The notes under the pieces: generated by a model
Told to the model about the DNA's origin: nothing
Databases searched by the model: none
Seen by the model: only the letters and a program-made list of their open reading frames with translations
From: an uncultured Chitinophaga sp.
GTDB lineage: Bacteria > Bacteroidota > Bacteroidia > Bacteroidales > GCA-2748055
Assembly (NCBI GenBank): GCA_964349045.1
Contig: CAYGFI010000001.1
Location: forward strand, 17,213-81,212
Length of the DNA stretch: 64,000 bases
Direction of reading: 5' to 3'
Part shown: positions 55,673-64,000 of the stretch, piece by piece
Position numbering within the stretch: position 1 is the stretch's first letter
Layout: each line of letters begins with the position of its first letter
Program-made: the position numbers and the translations under genes

Positions 55673-57367
55673 CTATTTCGAGCCAGACCTGAAATTCCCA
55701 ATAACTTCAGATGTTCGCAATGCACGGTCATAAATCCTGAATGTTTTAATATCACCGTCAAATCCGGGAGCCAGTGTTGTCTTTGTTCTGCCTTTCACAT
55801 TCAGCAGGTATGAATTATATCTCCCCCATCCATATTGCCTGTAGTCGCCTCCATCCAGAAATTTACCATTAACAATGAATGAGATTGTTTTCGGACCTCC
55901 GTCAATAACTATTGCAACATGCTGGAGTTCCCCGGCTTTCAGCACCGGGTCGGACGACCAGCTGTTTTCGGTTCTTCCATCATTTAAGCTTAGTTTCAGG
56001 CTGTTATTCTCATTTACAGTAATTCCCATTCCTATACCACCTGGCAAATAATTCTCCAGGATCACCTGGTCCTGTTTAAATGAATTAAATTGAATCCAGA
56101 ATTCAAATGTGATGCCGGTTCTGTAATCTAAATTATTTCCCCCGTTTATAAATTGTTTAAAATCCGGAAGTTCAATCTCCTTTTTGGCTTTTATTTCATC
56201 CGATTTCAATTCCAATTGCAAACCTTTTGTTGTAAGAGATTTATTTGACAATTGATTCCAGCAACCTTCCAGCAGGGATGCGTCCAATTGGTGCACCCTG
56301 GCGAGTGTTTTCTGGGTTTCAAAAAGGTAGTACTGACCATCGTCTTCAAGAAATCCCGGGTAACTCAAACGTCCGGAATGATAAGTAAGATCATCAGAGT
56401 AAAGCAGTATTTCCGGTTCTGACCAGACTATTCTTCCATCTTTTTCAACCCCTCCGCTTATCCATGCAGGATTTCTTTCACTGTAGTTTTTCCCATTATG
56501 ATTGTGAAAAAAAAGCAAATAATTACCATTGGTACATTTCCATAGGCTGGGACATGCCAGGGGGTGCTTTATTTTACGATCAGTGCTGCTGTATTGGAGA
56601 GCAACCGGTTTAGTCCATGTCTTTCCCTGGTCGTGACTGACCGAATTTCCTATATAACCCTGGTCTGTCCGGAAAACACAGTATAATGAACCATCACTCA
56701 TGGTAACAATATGAGGCTCTTCCGAGCGGCTTTCCGGTTTATCCCATTCAGGTCCTCTTAAACCTTTTCCGTTTTCCGGGAGCAGATTCCATTTTATTTT
56801 TTGAGGGTCGGATTCTGTGTATATATTTTTACTCTCAAGAAAATATACTTCTGTTTTTCTTGGAGGACTATTTAACGCAATCATAGCCCAGGGATAGATC
56901 AGTTCCTTGTTTATCAGCACGGGCATGCCAACTCCCCAACCACCGAATTCCGTAAACTGGGGTATTTTAACGGGATCTGACCATGTCTGGCAACCATTAT
57001 CTGACCAGGTAAATGCGCCCGGGGTAAGTGAATATATCCTGCCATCCTGAGCTTCAAAAGGTATAGCATATGCCCTGTTACATTCTGTAAAGGGTGACCA
57101 GGTTTTTCCCAGGTCTTTACTTAAGGTAACAGCCGAAAAATTTCTGGATCCTTTTTCAACTTCACCAAGTGTTCCCACGGTTAACGCGCATATCCATGTG
57201 CCATCCTTTGATTTTATAACATAAGGTTGATCAGCATATTTCATGCCCGGAGTTGGAATGATTGTTCCCTCTTCAATGTTTCTCCAGTCGTTAGTTTCCT
57301 GTGCTGAAGAATTTAAAATGCCAACCGAAAATATCAGAAGGCAACAAAAGAAAAGTTGTTTTTTCAT
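55673..57367 (-). CDS. BNR/Asp-box beta-propeller plus LamG-like domain protein
   Basis: Signal MKKQLFFCCLLIFSVGILNSSAQ. Asp-boxes are SKDLGKTWS, SDNGCQTWS and SHDQGKTWT. The C-terminal ISFIVNGKFLDGG...IKTFRIYDRALRTSEVIGNF is LamG_3-like. Confidence 0.7.
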   Translation of the reverse strand: MKKQLFFCCLLIFSVGILNSSAQETNDWRNIEEGTIIPTPGMKYADQPYVIKSKDGTWICALTVGTLGEVEKGSRNFSAVTLSKDLGKTWSPFTECNRAYAIPFEAQDGRIYSLTPGAFTWSDNGCQTWSDPVKIPQFTEFGGWGVGMPVLINKELIYPWAMIALNSPPRKTEVYFLESKNIYTESDPQKIKWNLLPENGKGLRGPEWDKPESRSEEPHIVTMSDGSLYCVFRTDQGYIGNSVSHDQGKTWTKPVALQYSSTDRKIKHPLACPSLWKCTNGNYLLFFHNHNGKNYSERNPAWISGGVEKDGRIVWSEPEILLYSDDLTYHSGRLSYPGFLEDDGQYYLFETQKTLARVHQLDASLLEGCWNQLSNKSLTTKGLQLELKSDEIKAKKEIELPDFKQFINGGNNLDYRTGITFEFWIQFNSFKQDQVILENYLPGGIGMGITVNENNSLKLSLNDGRTENSWSSDPVLKAGELQHVAIVIDGGPKTISFIVNGKFLDGGDYRQYGWGRYNSYLLNVKGRTKTTLAPGFDGDIKTFRIYDRALRTSEVIGNFRSGSK

Positions 57368-57733
57368 TTTTTGAGATTTTTTAATTAAACCTTAAAATTC
57401 AAAATGAATTATTATTTTCTATATTTAAGCTCAAATACGAAGAAAAAGATATAATCTAATAAGAGAGCGATTGTTATCTGGATTGTACTGATTAAATTAT
57501 ACAGAAAAATATTCACTCATGTATCAACAAGTCTGTGGATTTACATACAGTACAATCCTCAAGGAATCATCTCATATTACAACAGATTTACATTTTTTTA
57601 GAACATCACGTGGAATATGTTTTATTTGAAAGGGAATATCTGAAACTATGCAGGGGTATTAAGGTTTTTGCCTGTTGTGAATTTTCTTTAGACACTTTAG
57701 GGATAAGGGTCGGGTAACTTAATTTCATAAAAT

Positions 57734-59155
57734 ATGACAAAATCACAAATTTATTCCGCTGCACTTGCATTCACAATGGTATCATGTCATTCCGTAAATA
57801 ATGATCTTTCCTCCAGACCAAACTTTATAATAATCCTTGCGGACGACCTGGGTTATAATGATATAAGCTGCTTTGGCAGTAAAAAGATCCATACCCCCAA
57901 TCTCGACGCATTGGCTTCTGAAGGAATGATTTTAACTGATTTTCACTCCAATTGCTCCGTGTGCAGTCCAACACGCGCAGCATTAATGACCGGAAGATAC
58001 CAGCACAGAACCGGGATTGTGAATGTACTTGGGCAAACCAGTATGGCATTACCATTGATCCAGGGTCTGCCCAAAGGATCAACCACTATAGCAAAAGTTC
58101 TGGGAGAAAATGGTTACCAGACAGCCATGTTTGGGAAATGGCACCTGGGGAATTTAAAAGAGTTTCACCCTCTTGATTTTGGTTTTGACTATTTCTTCGG
58201 AGTAGACGGTGGAATGGGCAATCCATTTACCTATCTGCCTGCAAACCCCGGACCAAATACCAGATCAATGTTATACAGGAACCGGGAACAGGTAAACGGT
58301 CCGGGAAAATATTTTACCTATAGATTGGCAGATGAGGTGAAAGAATTTATTGATAAACGGCATAAGGAAAAACCATTTTTTATCTACTTACCATTTACCG
58401 CACCCCATGTTCCCTATTGGAAACCTGATGATTCACTTACAATATGGGACGGGAATCCCTTGGGACCCCATCCTGATGAGCCTGAGTCGGCTTACAAGGC
58501 AACAATTGAGGCTCTTGACCTTGCTGTCGGTTCCATCATGAATAAACTCGAGGAGTCTGGTCTGAGTAAAAATACATTGGTAATTTTCACTTCTGACAAC
58601 GGGCCGGTTGATGTGGGAAGCTGCCAACCTTTTACAGGGAGGAAATCTAACCTCTTTGAAGGAGGAACAAGGGTTCCGGGGATAGCCTGGTGGCCAGGTA
58701 AAATCAAACCTGGGCAGGTAAGCAATGAGCTGATAGTGACAATGGACATTTTTCCAACCCTTACAGGTCTTGCAGGGATTAAGCCGGATGAAAAGCTGAA
58801 ACTTGATGGAATCGATTTTTCCAGGGTATTGCTTAAGAATGGCAACCTGCCGGACAGAATGGTGTTCTGGGAAAAACCTGCCGGTGTGTACATGAACCAT
58901 TTTAACGTTCGCAGGGAAGCTGTCAGACAGGGAAGCTGGAAACTGTTGAGGGATAGAAGCGATAAAGAGCTGCAATTATTCAAGCTCGATACGGATACAA
59001 CTGAACAGTTTGATTTATCATCAAAATACCCTGAAAAAGTGCAGGAATTATATTCAAACTTTTCAAAATGGAAAGAGGAGGTTTATAACGAATCTCCAAT
59101 GACCCTTGAAGAAATGATCAAATACCTGGAAGAAACAGGGGCTATTAAAAAGTAA
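57734..59155 (+). CDS. Sulfatase (S1, formylglycine-dependent)
   Basis: PNFIIILADDLGYNDI, CSVCSPTRAALMTGRYQHRTG (C-x-P-x-R), GKWHLG and FTSDNGP. Confidence 0.9.
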   Translation: MTKSQIYSAALAFTMVSCHSVNNDLSSRPNFIIILADDLGYNDISCFGSKKIHTPNLDALASEGMILTDFHSNCSVCSPTRAALMTGRYQHRTGIVNVLGQTSMALPLIQGLPKGSTTIAKVLGENGYQTAMFGKWHLGNLKEFHPLDFGFDYFFGVDGGMGNPFTYLPANPGPNTRSMLYRNREQVNGPGKYFTYRLADEVKEFIDKRHKEKPFFIYLPFTAPHVPYWKPDDSLTIWDGNPLGPHPDEPESAYKATIEALDLAVGSIMNKLEESGLSKNTLVIFTSDNGPVDVGSCQPFTGRKSNLFEGGTRVPGIAWWPGKIKPGQVSNELIVTMDIFPTLTGLAGIKPDEKLKLDGIDFSRVLLKNGNLPDRMVFWEKPAGVYMNHFNVRREAVRQGSWKLLRDRSDKELQLFKLDTDTTEQFDLSSKYPEKVQELYSNFSKWKEEVYNESPMTLEEMIKYLEETGAIKK

Positions 59156-59204
59156 ATGTCAGTGCTTATTGACCGATAACATTGTTTACCCTGGTTTGCC
59201 TTTA

Positions 59205-60773
59205 TCAGGGATTTTCCGGTGTGGCCCAGCCGTTGCCTTCAGGAACTCGTCCACCCGGTTCACGGTGTTTACCGGACGGAGCCGGTAGTGTCTGACACCA
59301 TTCTTTGTAATGTCGTGCCAATTCTTCTACTATTTCAGGATTTTTGGTGGACAGATCCAATGTCTCCCCGGGATCAGCAGTAATATCATATAATTGCCAC
59401 CGTTCTTCCTCGAGTATCTTCATTAATCGCCATTTCCCCTTTCGGACGGCGTGCACGGAGCGTGGGTTAGCACCCTCCAGCCATCGCCAGTATAAGATTT
59501 CATGGATATCCCCTTTTCTGGTACCCGTCATATATGGGATAAGATCTACCCCCTCGCATTTAGGCGGCGCTTTTTTACCAGCCACAGCTGCTGCAGTCGC
59601 GTAAACATCTATCGTAGAAAGCATACCCTCAAAGCTTGTCCCTGCCGGAACCCGGTTGGTCCATCGTACAATAAAAGGTTCATGGACCGCACCTTCCCAG
59701 GGACTGGCTTTACCCCCGCGAAATGGATAGTTTCGTGCGCCTCCATATAAGGCCGGATTTTGGCTATCGGTCTTTGACTGCTCCTGCCCACCGTTATCGC
59801 CTGTGAAAATCACCAGTGTCTCTTCGTCAAGACCAAGTATACCGATAGCACCCATCAACTTCCCTATCGCATCGTCAATCGCGATTAACGAAGCAGCCAG
59901 ATTCCGCCTGTGTTCATCAGTAATTTTATTTGCAACCCGGTCCAGGTATTTCCCTGGCACTTCCTGTACCGGGTAATGAATCCCCAGCGGTGCAAAATAC
60001 AGGAAAAAAGGTTTATCCTTATGGCGGGTCACGAAATCCACCATTTCATCCCCCTGGCGATCTGTCAGGTACACGCCGTCGCTTTCCATATAGGTCGGAC
60101 CATCAGAATAAGCCCGCCGTGGATCGTTCCCGGGCAAACTCGACCTTCGTGCCACCTCCATAAATCCCTCCGCCAGAGGTCCCTGATCCGGTACCCCGAT
60201 ATCCCAGCGGCCCACCATGCCGGTAATATAGCCAGCGTCCCGCATAAACTCGGCCAATGTCGGATGGTCTTCCGGTATGGCGGCGCCACGATCCTCGTTA
60301 CCGAACACTCCGAACCGCTGAGGATACATCCCCGTCATCATAGCTACACGGCTTGGGCTGCAGACCGGGCAAATCGTGTAAGCATTAGTACAGCTCACTC
60401 CCTGCCTTGCCAACTGGTCGATATTGGGGGTTGGAATATCCGGGCAGCCAAACGCTCCTATATCGCCATAACCCAGGTCGTCAATGAAGAGCACAATAAC
60501 ATTGGGCCGCTTTTTATAATCTGTTTTCTCAAAGCCCGGATTAACGAATGCATTCGGATAGCCTGCTGAGTTATCACCGCTGGGGCGAATAATTTGGTGG
60601 TTGAACTCCATCTCCGGATGAAGAACGTCTGCATATAACGATGTCTTCTCCTGGTTTAAAGCAATCTGGGCATTGCTATTTTGAGCCGGACTGAGACCCG
60701 ACAGAAGTGCAAGGCAGGGTGTTACAAACTGCGCTGTCAGACCATTTCGAATGTAACCTTTATGATTTTTCAT
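59205..60773 (-). CDS. Sulfatase (S1, formylglycine-dependent), GC-rich
   Basis: PNVIVLFIDDLGYGDIG, CPVCSPSRVAMMTGMYPQRFG and FTGDNGG. 35/60 GC in line 60241-60300, versus 20/60 in the neighbouring gene (line 61081-61140). Confidence 0.9.
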   Translation of the reverse strand: MKNHKGYIRNGLTAQFVTPCLALLSGLSPAQNSNAQIALNQEKTSLYADVLHPEMEFNHQIIRPSGDNSAGYPNAFVNPGFEKTDYKKRPNVIVLFIDDLGYGDIGAFGCPDIPTPNIDQLARQGVSCTNAYTICPVCSPSRVAMMTGMYPQRFGVFGNEDRGAAIPEDHPTLAEFMRDAGYITGMVGRWDIGVPDQGPLAEGFMEVARRSSLPGNDPRRAYSDGPTYMESDGVYLTDRQGDEMVDFVTRHKDKPFFLYFAPLGIHYPVQEVPGKYLDRVANKITDEHRRNLAASLIAIDDAIGKLMGAIGILGLDEETLVIFTGDNGGQEQSKTDSQNPALYGGARNYPFRGGKASPWEGAVHEPFIVRWTNRVPAGTSFEGMLSTIDVYATAAAVAGKKAPPKCEGVDLIPYMTGTRKGDIHEILYWRWLEGANPRSVHAVRKGKWRLMKILEEERWQLYDITADPGETLDLSTKNPEIVEELARHYKEWCQTLPAPSGKHREPGGRVPEGNGWATPENP

Positions 60774-60830
60774 TTCTTTTTATGTTATCTTTATTAAAAT
60801 AATACTTTGTTTCTTTTTCATTGGGTCAAT

Positions 60831-60996
60831 AATTTGATTCAGCTTGAGCAAAAAGCATTATTGTATACAATTCATGTAATTATGCAATTCATTTTACAAA
60901 TCAAGATATATTTGCATATTTATCCGTAATTAAAAGATTACTGAATAAGGTTAATGTACTCAAACATAAGACATGATAAATTGTACTTCCCGTAAA
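60831..60996. repeat. Intergenic repeat copy 1 (~165 bp), upstream of sulfatase 59205-60773
   Basis: Aligns end to end with 62933-63096, from aatttgatt.ag...aaaaagca...attcatgtaattatgc.attcatt...atttatccg...actgaataaggttaatgtact...taagacatgata...cttcccgtaaa. By eye roughly three quarters or more of positions are identical. Confidence 0.8.
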
Positions 60997-61027
60997 TTCC
61001 AACCTCATTGTATCCATTGATTTAAAT

Positions 61028-62899
61028 TCAATTTACCGCGCTTTCATCTGCTCTTTGTAATCCTATTATTTCAGTAGTAAGTAAGGTTCGGTTATAAACA
61101 CGCAGATTGCTAATTATATCAGGTTTAATTTCCCAGAATTTTGAACCGTTACAATCAGTGAATTTGTGACTAAAAAATACGGTACCTCTTTCCTTTGAAG
61201 CGCCTCCATCCTGGAATTCCCCGTCAACAACCATACTCACCAAAGCAGGAAGCCCATCTACAACAATGGCGACATGGTGAGGTTTTCCCGGGGATAATGC
61301 TCCCCTGTTGCATGAGAGATTCACGGTATCCTTCCCGTCAGACATGGTAAATAAAACCGTGCTGTCGGGTTGAAGTTGAATTTTTAATCCCTTGCCATTT
61401 CGCATTCCGTCAATGATGTTGGCAGAAGGATTCGATAAGTCTGTACTTAGTTCAAAAGAAATGGTAAAACCGCCTCCGTTGTTAAGAGCAGGGAGCGCAG
61501 GAGATTTCATTCGTTTTTTCACAGAACTGGCATAAATCAACGCTTTTTCAGGGACCTCACAAATTTGGAATTGGGAAGAAAGGATTTTAATAAATTCTGA
61601 AGGTATGGTAAAACTCCTGATCTCTTTTTTATCACTGACGCGGGCTAATATTCTCCCATCGGATTGTTCATCTGAAAAATGAGGAGGATTTAACCTTTCA
61701 ACGGATTTATAACCAAGCTGATCGATCCTATACTGGAAAAGCTCAGGTTCCGTAAAATTAATAGTACCATTTCTGTTTTCATAGTAACTGATAAAGACGA
61801 GGTCTCTTCCTGAATAGTTACCAATAGCCCCTGCGCTGTTGTTATAGAAAGCAAGAAATCCTTTACCCTCCGGCCCCTTACTAAAAGAATAGGGACCTTG
61901 TGAATTTTTTACAGGTCGTCCTGTGGGATTATAGCGAAGTATATCTGTTTCCCAGTTTTTTCCCTGGTCTGTACTCCGGGTAAGACCGATAACACCATAG
62001 GTGGTTCTCCATGTGAAAATCCAAAGACTATCGTTCATAATAAAGGGGGCAAAGTCAGCAGCATTGTTATATTTCGGGTGGGTGATACCCCGTCCTTCAG
62101 GAAAGAGCTTTATTTCCAGATTTTCAAGCCGGTCATTTTTCAGGTAATTGACATACCTTACGAAATAAGATTCTCCATTTCCGGTACTCGAGCGAGGTCC
62201 ATGTTTTGTAGTCCAGCCAATTCCATCATTGCCTGAAATAATTTTAGGTACAGGAGCATTGTAAATGAGGAGATATTTTCCTTTAAAAACAGTTGAACGG
62301 TCAATTTCACTGAGAGGGATGTTAAATTTATGAGCAGGAGAGAAATTGCCTTTTTCATCAACATAGCGAAATACAAATTTGCCAACATGGTGCCTGGGGG
62401 CTTTTGCAAGCTCAGGCATGTCCTCTTTGGGCCCTATCAGATACATAAAATATACCTGGCCGGTCACCGGATGTCTGAAAAATGCTCCGTATGAGTTTAC
62501 CGGAGGGCCCTCAGGTTCCACATCAAACCATTCGCTCCATTTGATCCCTTTATCAGTTGATTTCCTGGCAACGATATGCTGACTGGGGTTTCCTTCCCCG
62601 ACTCTTGCCACGGTGAGGGTTTCAAGCCAAACACTATCATTAATGATGAATCTGTTTAATCCCTCCATATAAGCATACTGGCTTGGCATATCATGTTGTA
62701 TAATTGATAACCCCGTTTTGGCATTTTCAAATGCCCGCCAGTCTGACCTTAGTAAAGGATCAGGGAATAAATATGGATTTAAAATATCTGACTTTTGCGA
62801 GTTACCCATTTCTTCAGATGTACGTTTATTCATGAAAAAAATAGCTGCTGCTATAATCAGAATAATAATAAAAATCAAAATTTTCGGTTGTTTTTTCAT
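61028..62899 (-). CDS. BNR/Asp-box beta-propeller plus LamG-like domain protein (AT-type paralog of 28201-30174)
   Basis: N-terminal TM/signal KILIFIIILIIAAAIFF. Asp-boxes are STDKGIKWS and STDQGKNWE. Colinear with 28201-30174 (WRAFEN, LTVAR..EGNPSQHI, EPEGPP..YGAFFRHP.TGQVYFMY, GRDLV[FY]I). The C-terminal VSMVVDGEFQDGG...LRVYNRTLLTTEIIGLQRA is LamG-like. Confidence 0.7.
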   Translation of the reverse strand: MKKQPKILIFIIILIIAAAIFFMNKRTSEEMGNSQKSDILNPYLFPDPLLRSDWRAFENAKTGLSIIQHDMPSQYAYMEGLNRFIINDSVWLETLTVARVGEGNPSQHIVARKSTDKGIKWSEWFDVEPEGPPVNSYGAFFRHPVTGQVYFMYLIGPKEDMPELAKAPRHHVGKFVFRYVDEKGNFSPAHKFNIPLSEIDRSTVFKGKYLLIYNAPVPKIISGNDGIGWTTKHGPRSSTGNGESYFVRYVNYLKNDRLENLEIKLFPEGRGITHPKYNNAADFAPFIMNDSLWIFTWRTTYGVIGLTRSTDQGKNWETDILRYNPTGRPVKNSQGPYSFSKGPEGKGFLAFYNNSAGAIGNYSGRDLVFISYYENRNGTINFTEPELFQYRIDQLGYKSVERLNPPHFSDEQSDGRILARVSDKKEIRSFTIPSEFIKILSSQFQICEVPEKALIYASSVKKRMKSPALPALNNGGGFTISFELSTDLSNPSANIIDGMRNGKGLKIQLQPDSTVLFTMSDGKDTVNLSCNRGALSPGKPHHVAIVVDGLPALVSMVVDGEFQDGGASKERGTVFFSHKFTDCNGSKFWEIKPDIISNLRVYNRTLLTTEIIGLQRADESAVN

Positions 62900-62932
62900 A
62901 GGTTTATTTTAATGATTTCACATACATACATT

Positions 62933-63096
62933 AATTTGATTTAGTTTCAGTAAAAAGCAATTTTTGAATACCATTCATGTAATTATGCTATTCATTTAAC
63001 AAATCAGGAGATTTTTACACATTTATCCGCATAGTATAAGAGGACTGAATAAGGTTAATGTACTTATAAGACATGATACATTTTTCTTCCCGTAAA
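62933..63096. repeat. Intergenic repeat copy 2 (~165 bp), upstream of 61028-62899
   Basis: See copy 1. It starts 34 nt upstream of the 62899 start codon. Copy 1 starts 58 nt upstream of the 60773 start codon. Confidence 0.8.
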
Positions 63097-63689
63097 CAGT
63101 CTACATGATTATTTCTCCCGTGAAATGCAGGCAATTAGTGTAGCTGATATTGCTGCAATAATGGATCCCTGGTTATGAATGCTTTGCTGTAAGCGGCGAA
63201 GCTTAATGCTGCAAGGAAAATAATCAGTTTGAATGTTATCATGAAAAAATGGTCAGGGAATCTCTGATTTCTTTTTCAAGAATTCAATAAACCAAAACGG
63301 ATTATCTAAGACAGATTACCTATTTTTGATAATCTAATATAGATAACAATTACATTTTTGGATATTTACAGAATGAGAAATTTAATGCCCTTATTTTGCA
63401 ATGAAGAATAAGCTGTCCGGCCCCGGTAGCCATCGGAGTACAATGTCATATAATCGTTAGCCCCCCGCTACCGCAGGGTGTATATATCCCCCTGCTGGCG
63501 CTGATCCCTGCCTGCCGCAGGCTGGTGTGATCAGTGTCCCGGCCTGAAAGACCGGATCCTGGCTGCTTTTTTGAGCCCCAACAAATCGGTGCGGTAACGA
63601 GGGGTAAGCTGGTTGTCATTTTTAAGGACAGGATTTCGCACAGATATTAAATTTGGAACACTAAAAACGGCCAGATCACTCAAATCGAC

Positions 63690-63998
63690 TTAGGTTAATT
63701 CAAATCTGCAGGCCGGAACTACCTGGATGGTGTAACCATCTTTAAGAATTTTATCAGTTTGGTCAATGGTTAAAATTACCCCTTCTGTGAGTTTAAAAAA
63801 CTGTAGGGCTGCAATAAGTCCTTTTATTTCCCTTTCCTGATTGTCTCCGTTTAAAGCGTAGCAAACCTGAATTGCGAAATAGTCTTCATTTTTTTGATAG
63901 ATAAAATCGCATTCCGAATTGCCATCGGAATAATACCAGATTTTTTTGGTTTTTCTTCGTATGCTCCAGTAAACAGCATTTTCAAATTTTCGGCCCAA
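63690..63998 (-). CDS. C-terminal part of a DUF4143-type (AAA ATPase-associated) protein; gene continues beyond the window edge
   Basis: GRKFENAVYWSIRRK...WYYSDGNSECDFIY....YFAIQVCY follows the DUF4143 pattern (lfEn.v..el......yy......EvDFv......ieVK). There is no start codon within the window. Confidence 0.55.
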   Translation of the reverse strand: MGRKFENAVYWSIRRKTKKIWYYSDGNSECDFIYQKNEDYFAIQVCYALNGDNQEREIKGLIAALQFFKLTEGVILTIDQTDKILKDGYTIQVVPACRFELT

Positions 63999-64000
63999 AT

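Noticed and set aside
57535-57717. Small ORFs in AT-rich spacers (57535-57717; 25491-25715; 25546-25911; 45331-45525; 49672-49866)
   Set aside because: They have no signal, motif or paralog support. They overlap better-supported genes or lie in promoter-like AT-rich DNA, and their amino-acid composition is typical of random AT-rich frames.
17410-60990. Recurring hexamer TGTACT in many spacers (about 17417, 54106, 57483, 60981) as a regulatory word
   Set aside because: A 6-mer is expected roughly 30 times by chance in 64 kb on both strands. Only the extended ~28-nt motif shared by four spacers is reported.
63135-63242. 35-aa minus-strand ORF MITFKLIIFLAALSFAAYSKAFITRDPLLQQYQLH with a signal-like N-terminus
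   Set aside because: It is too short to support without conservation or expression data, and it lies in an AT-rich spacer where such ORFs arise by chance.
63415-63640. Assignment of the GC-rich island to a known RNA family (SRP, tmRNA, RNase P, 6S, tRNA, group II intron domain V)
   Set aside because: None of the hallmark strings I know for these RNAs is present on either strand. It is kept only as an unassigned candidate in the findings.
1-64000. CRISPR arrays, tRNA or rRNA genes
   Set aside because: I saw no short regularly spaced direct repeats with unique spacers. The only regular repeats are coding (291-bp period) or gene-sized. No cloverleaf-like or rRNA-like conserved strings were noticed, but this was by eye only and a tRNAscan/Infernal run would be decisive.

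Overview
This 64 kb window is a very dense glycan-degradation region from a probable Bacteroidota genome. The phylum call rests on two C-terminal T9SS sorting domains, many lipoprotein or Sec signals, a DUF4372-type IS4 transposase, and tandem ~815-aa FtsX-type permeases. I support about 30 intact genes, almost all on long same-strand runs and almost all exported.

Main gene content:
- Three formylglycine-type sulfatases.
- A GH29-like fucosidase, a GH20-like hexosaminidase, a GH78-like six-hairpin enzyme and an SGNH esterase.
- Seven BNR/Asp-box (sialidase-like) beta-propeller proteins, three of them with LamG-like tails.
- Five right-handed beta-helix proteins: one is a 1535-aa T9SS giant, and two form a near-identical tandem pair.
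- Two GH42-like Tat-exported proteins, a WbsX-like lipoprotein and one sodium:solute symporter.

I saw no rRNA, tRNA, CRISPR array, SusC/SusD pair, intact regulator or sulfatase maturase.

Most notable observations:
1. Base composition is strongly mosaic. Hand counts of single 60-nt lines give 33-38% GC in background genes and 55-70% in several islands.
2. The largest island (about 17.6-30.2 kb) is bounded on the left by gene debris. This debris comprises a truncated dehydrogenase, a 37-codon AraC tail, and a Tat-signal gene with an in-frame TGA inside its RR motif. On the right it is bounded by an IS element with no visible target duplication.
3. That island carries an A-B-B'-A' set of Tat-exported GH42-like and beta-helix genes. 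This set is my best candidate for an uncharacterised glycan-processing module.
4. A three-family module (unknown secreted protein, BNR propeller, beta-helix) recurs twice.
5. Three 291-bp in-frame tandem repeats lie inside a compositionally chimeric T9SS gene.
6. A ~165-bp intergenic element is duplicated upstream of two genes, and its core motif recurs upstream of two more transcription units.

All functional calls come from motifs read by eye. No searches were run, and substrate ideas are inference only.
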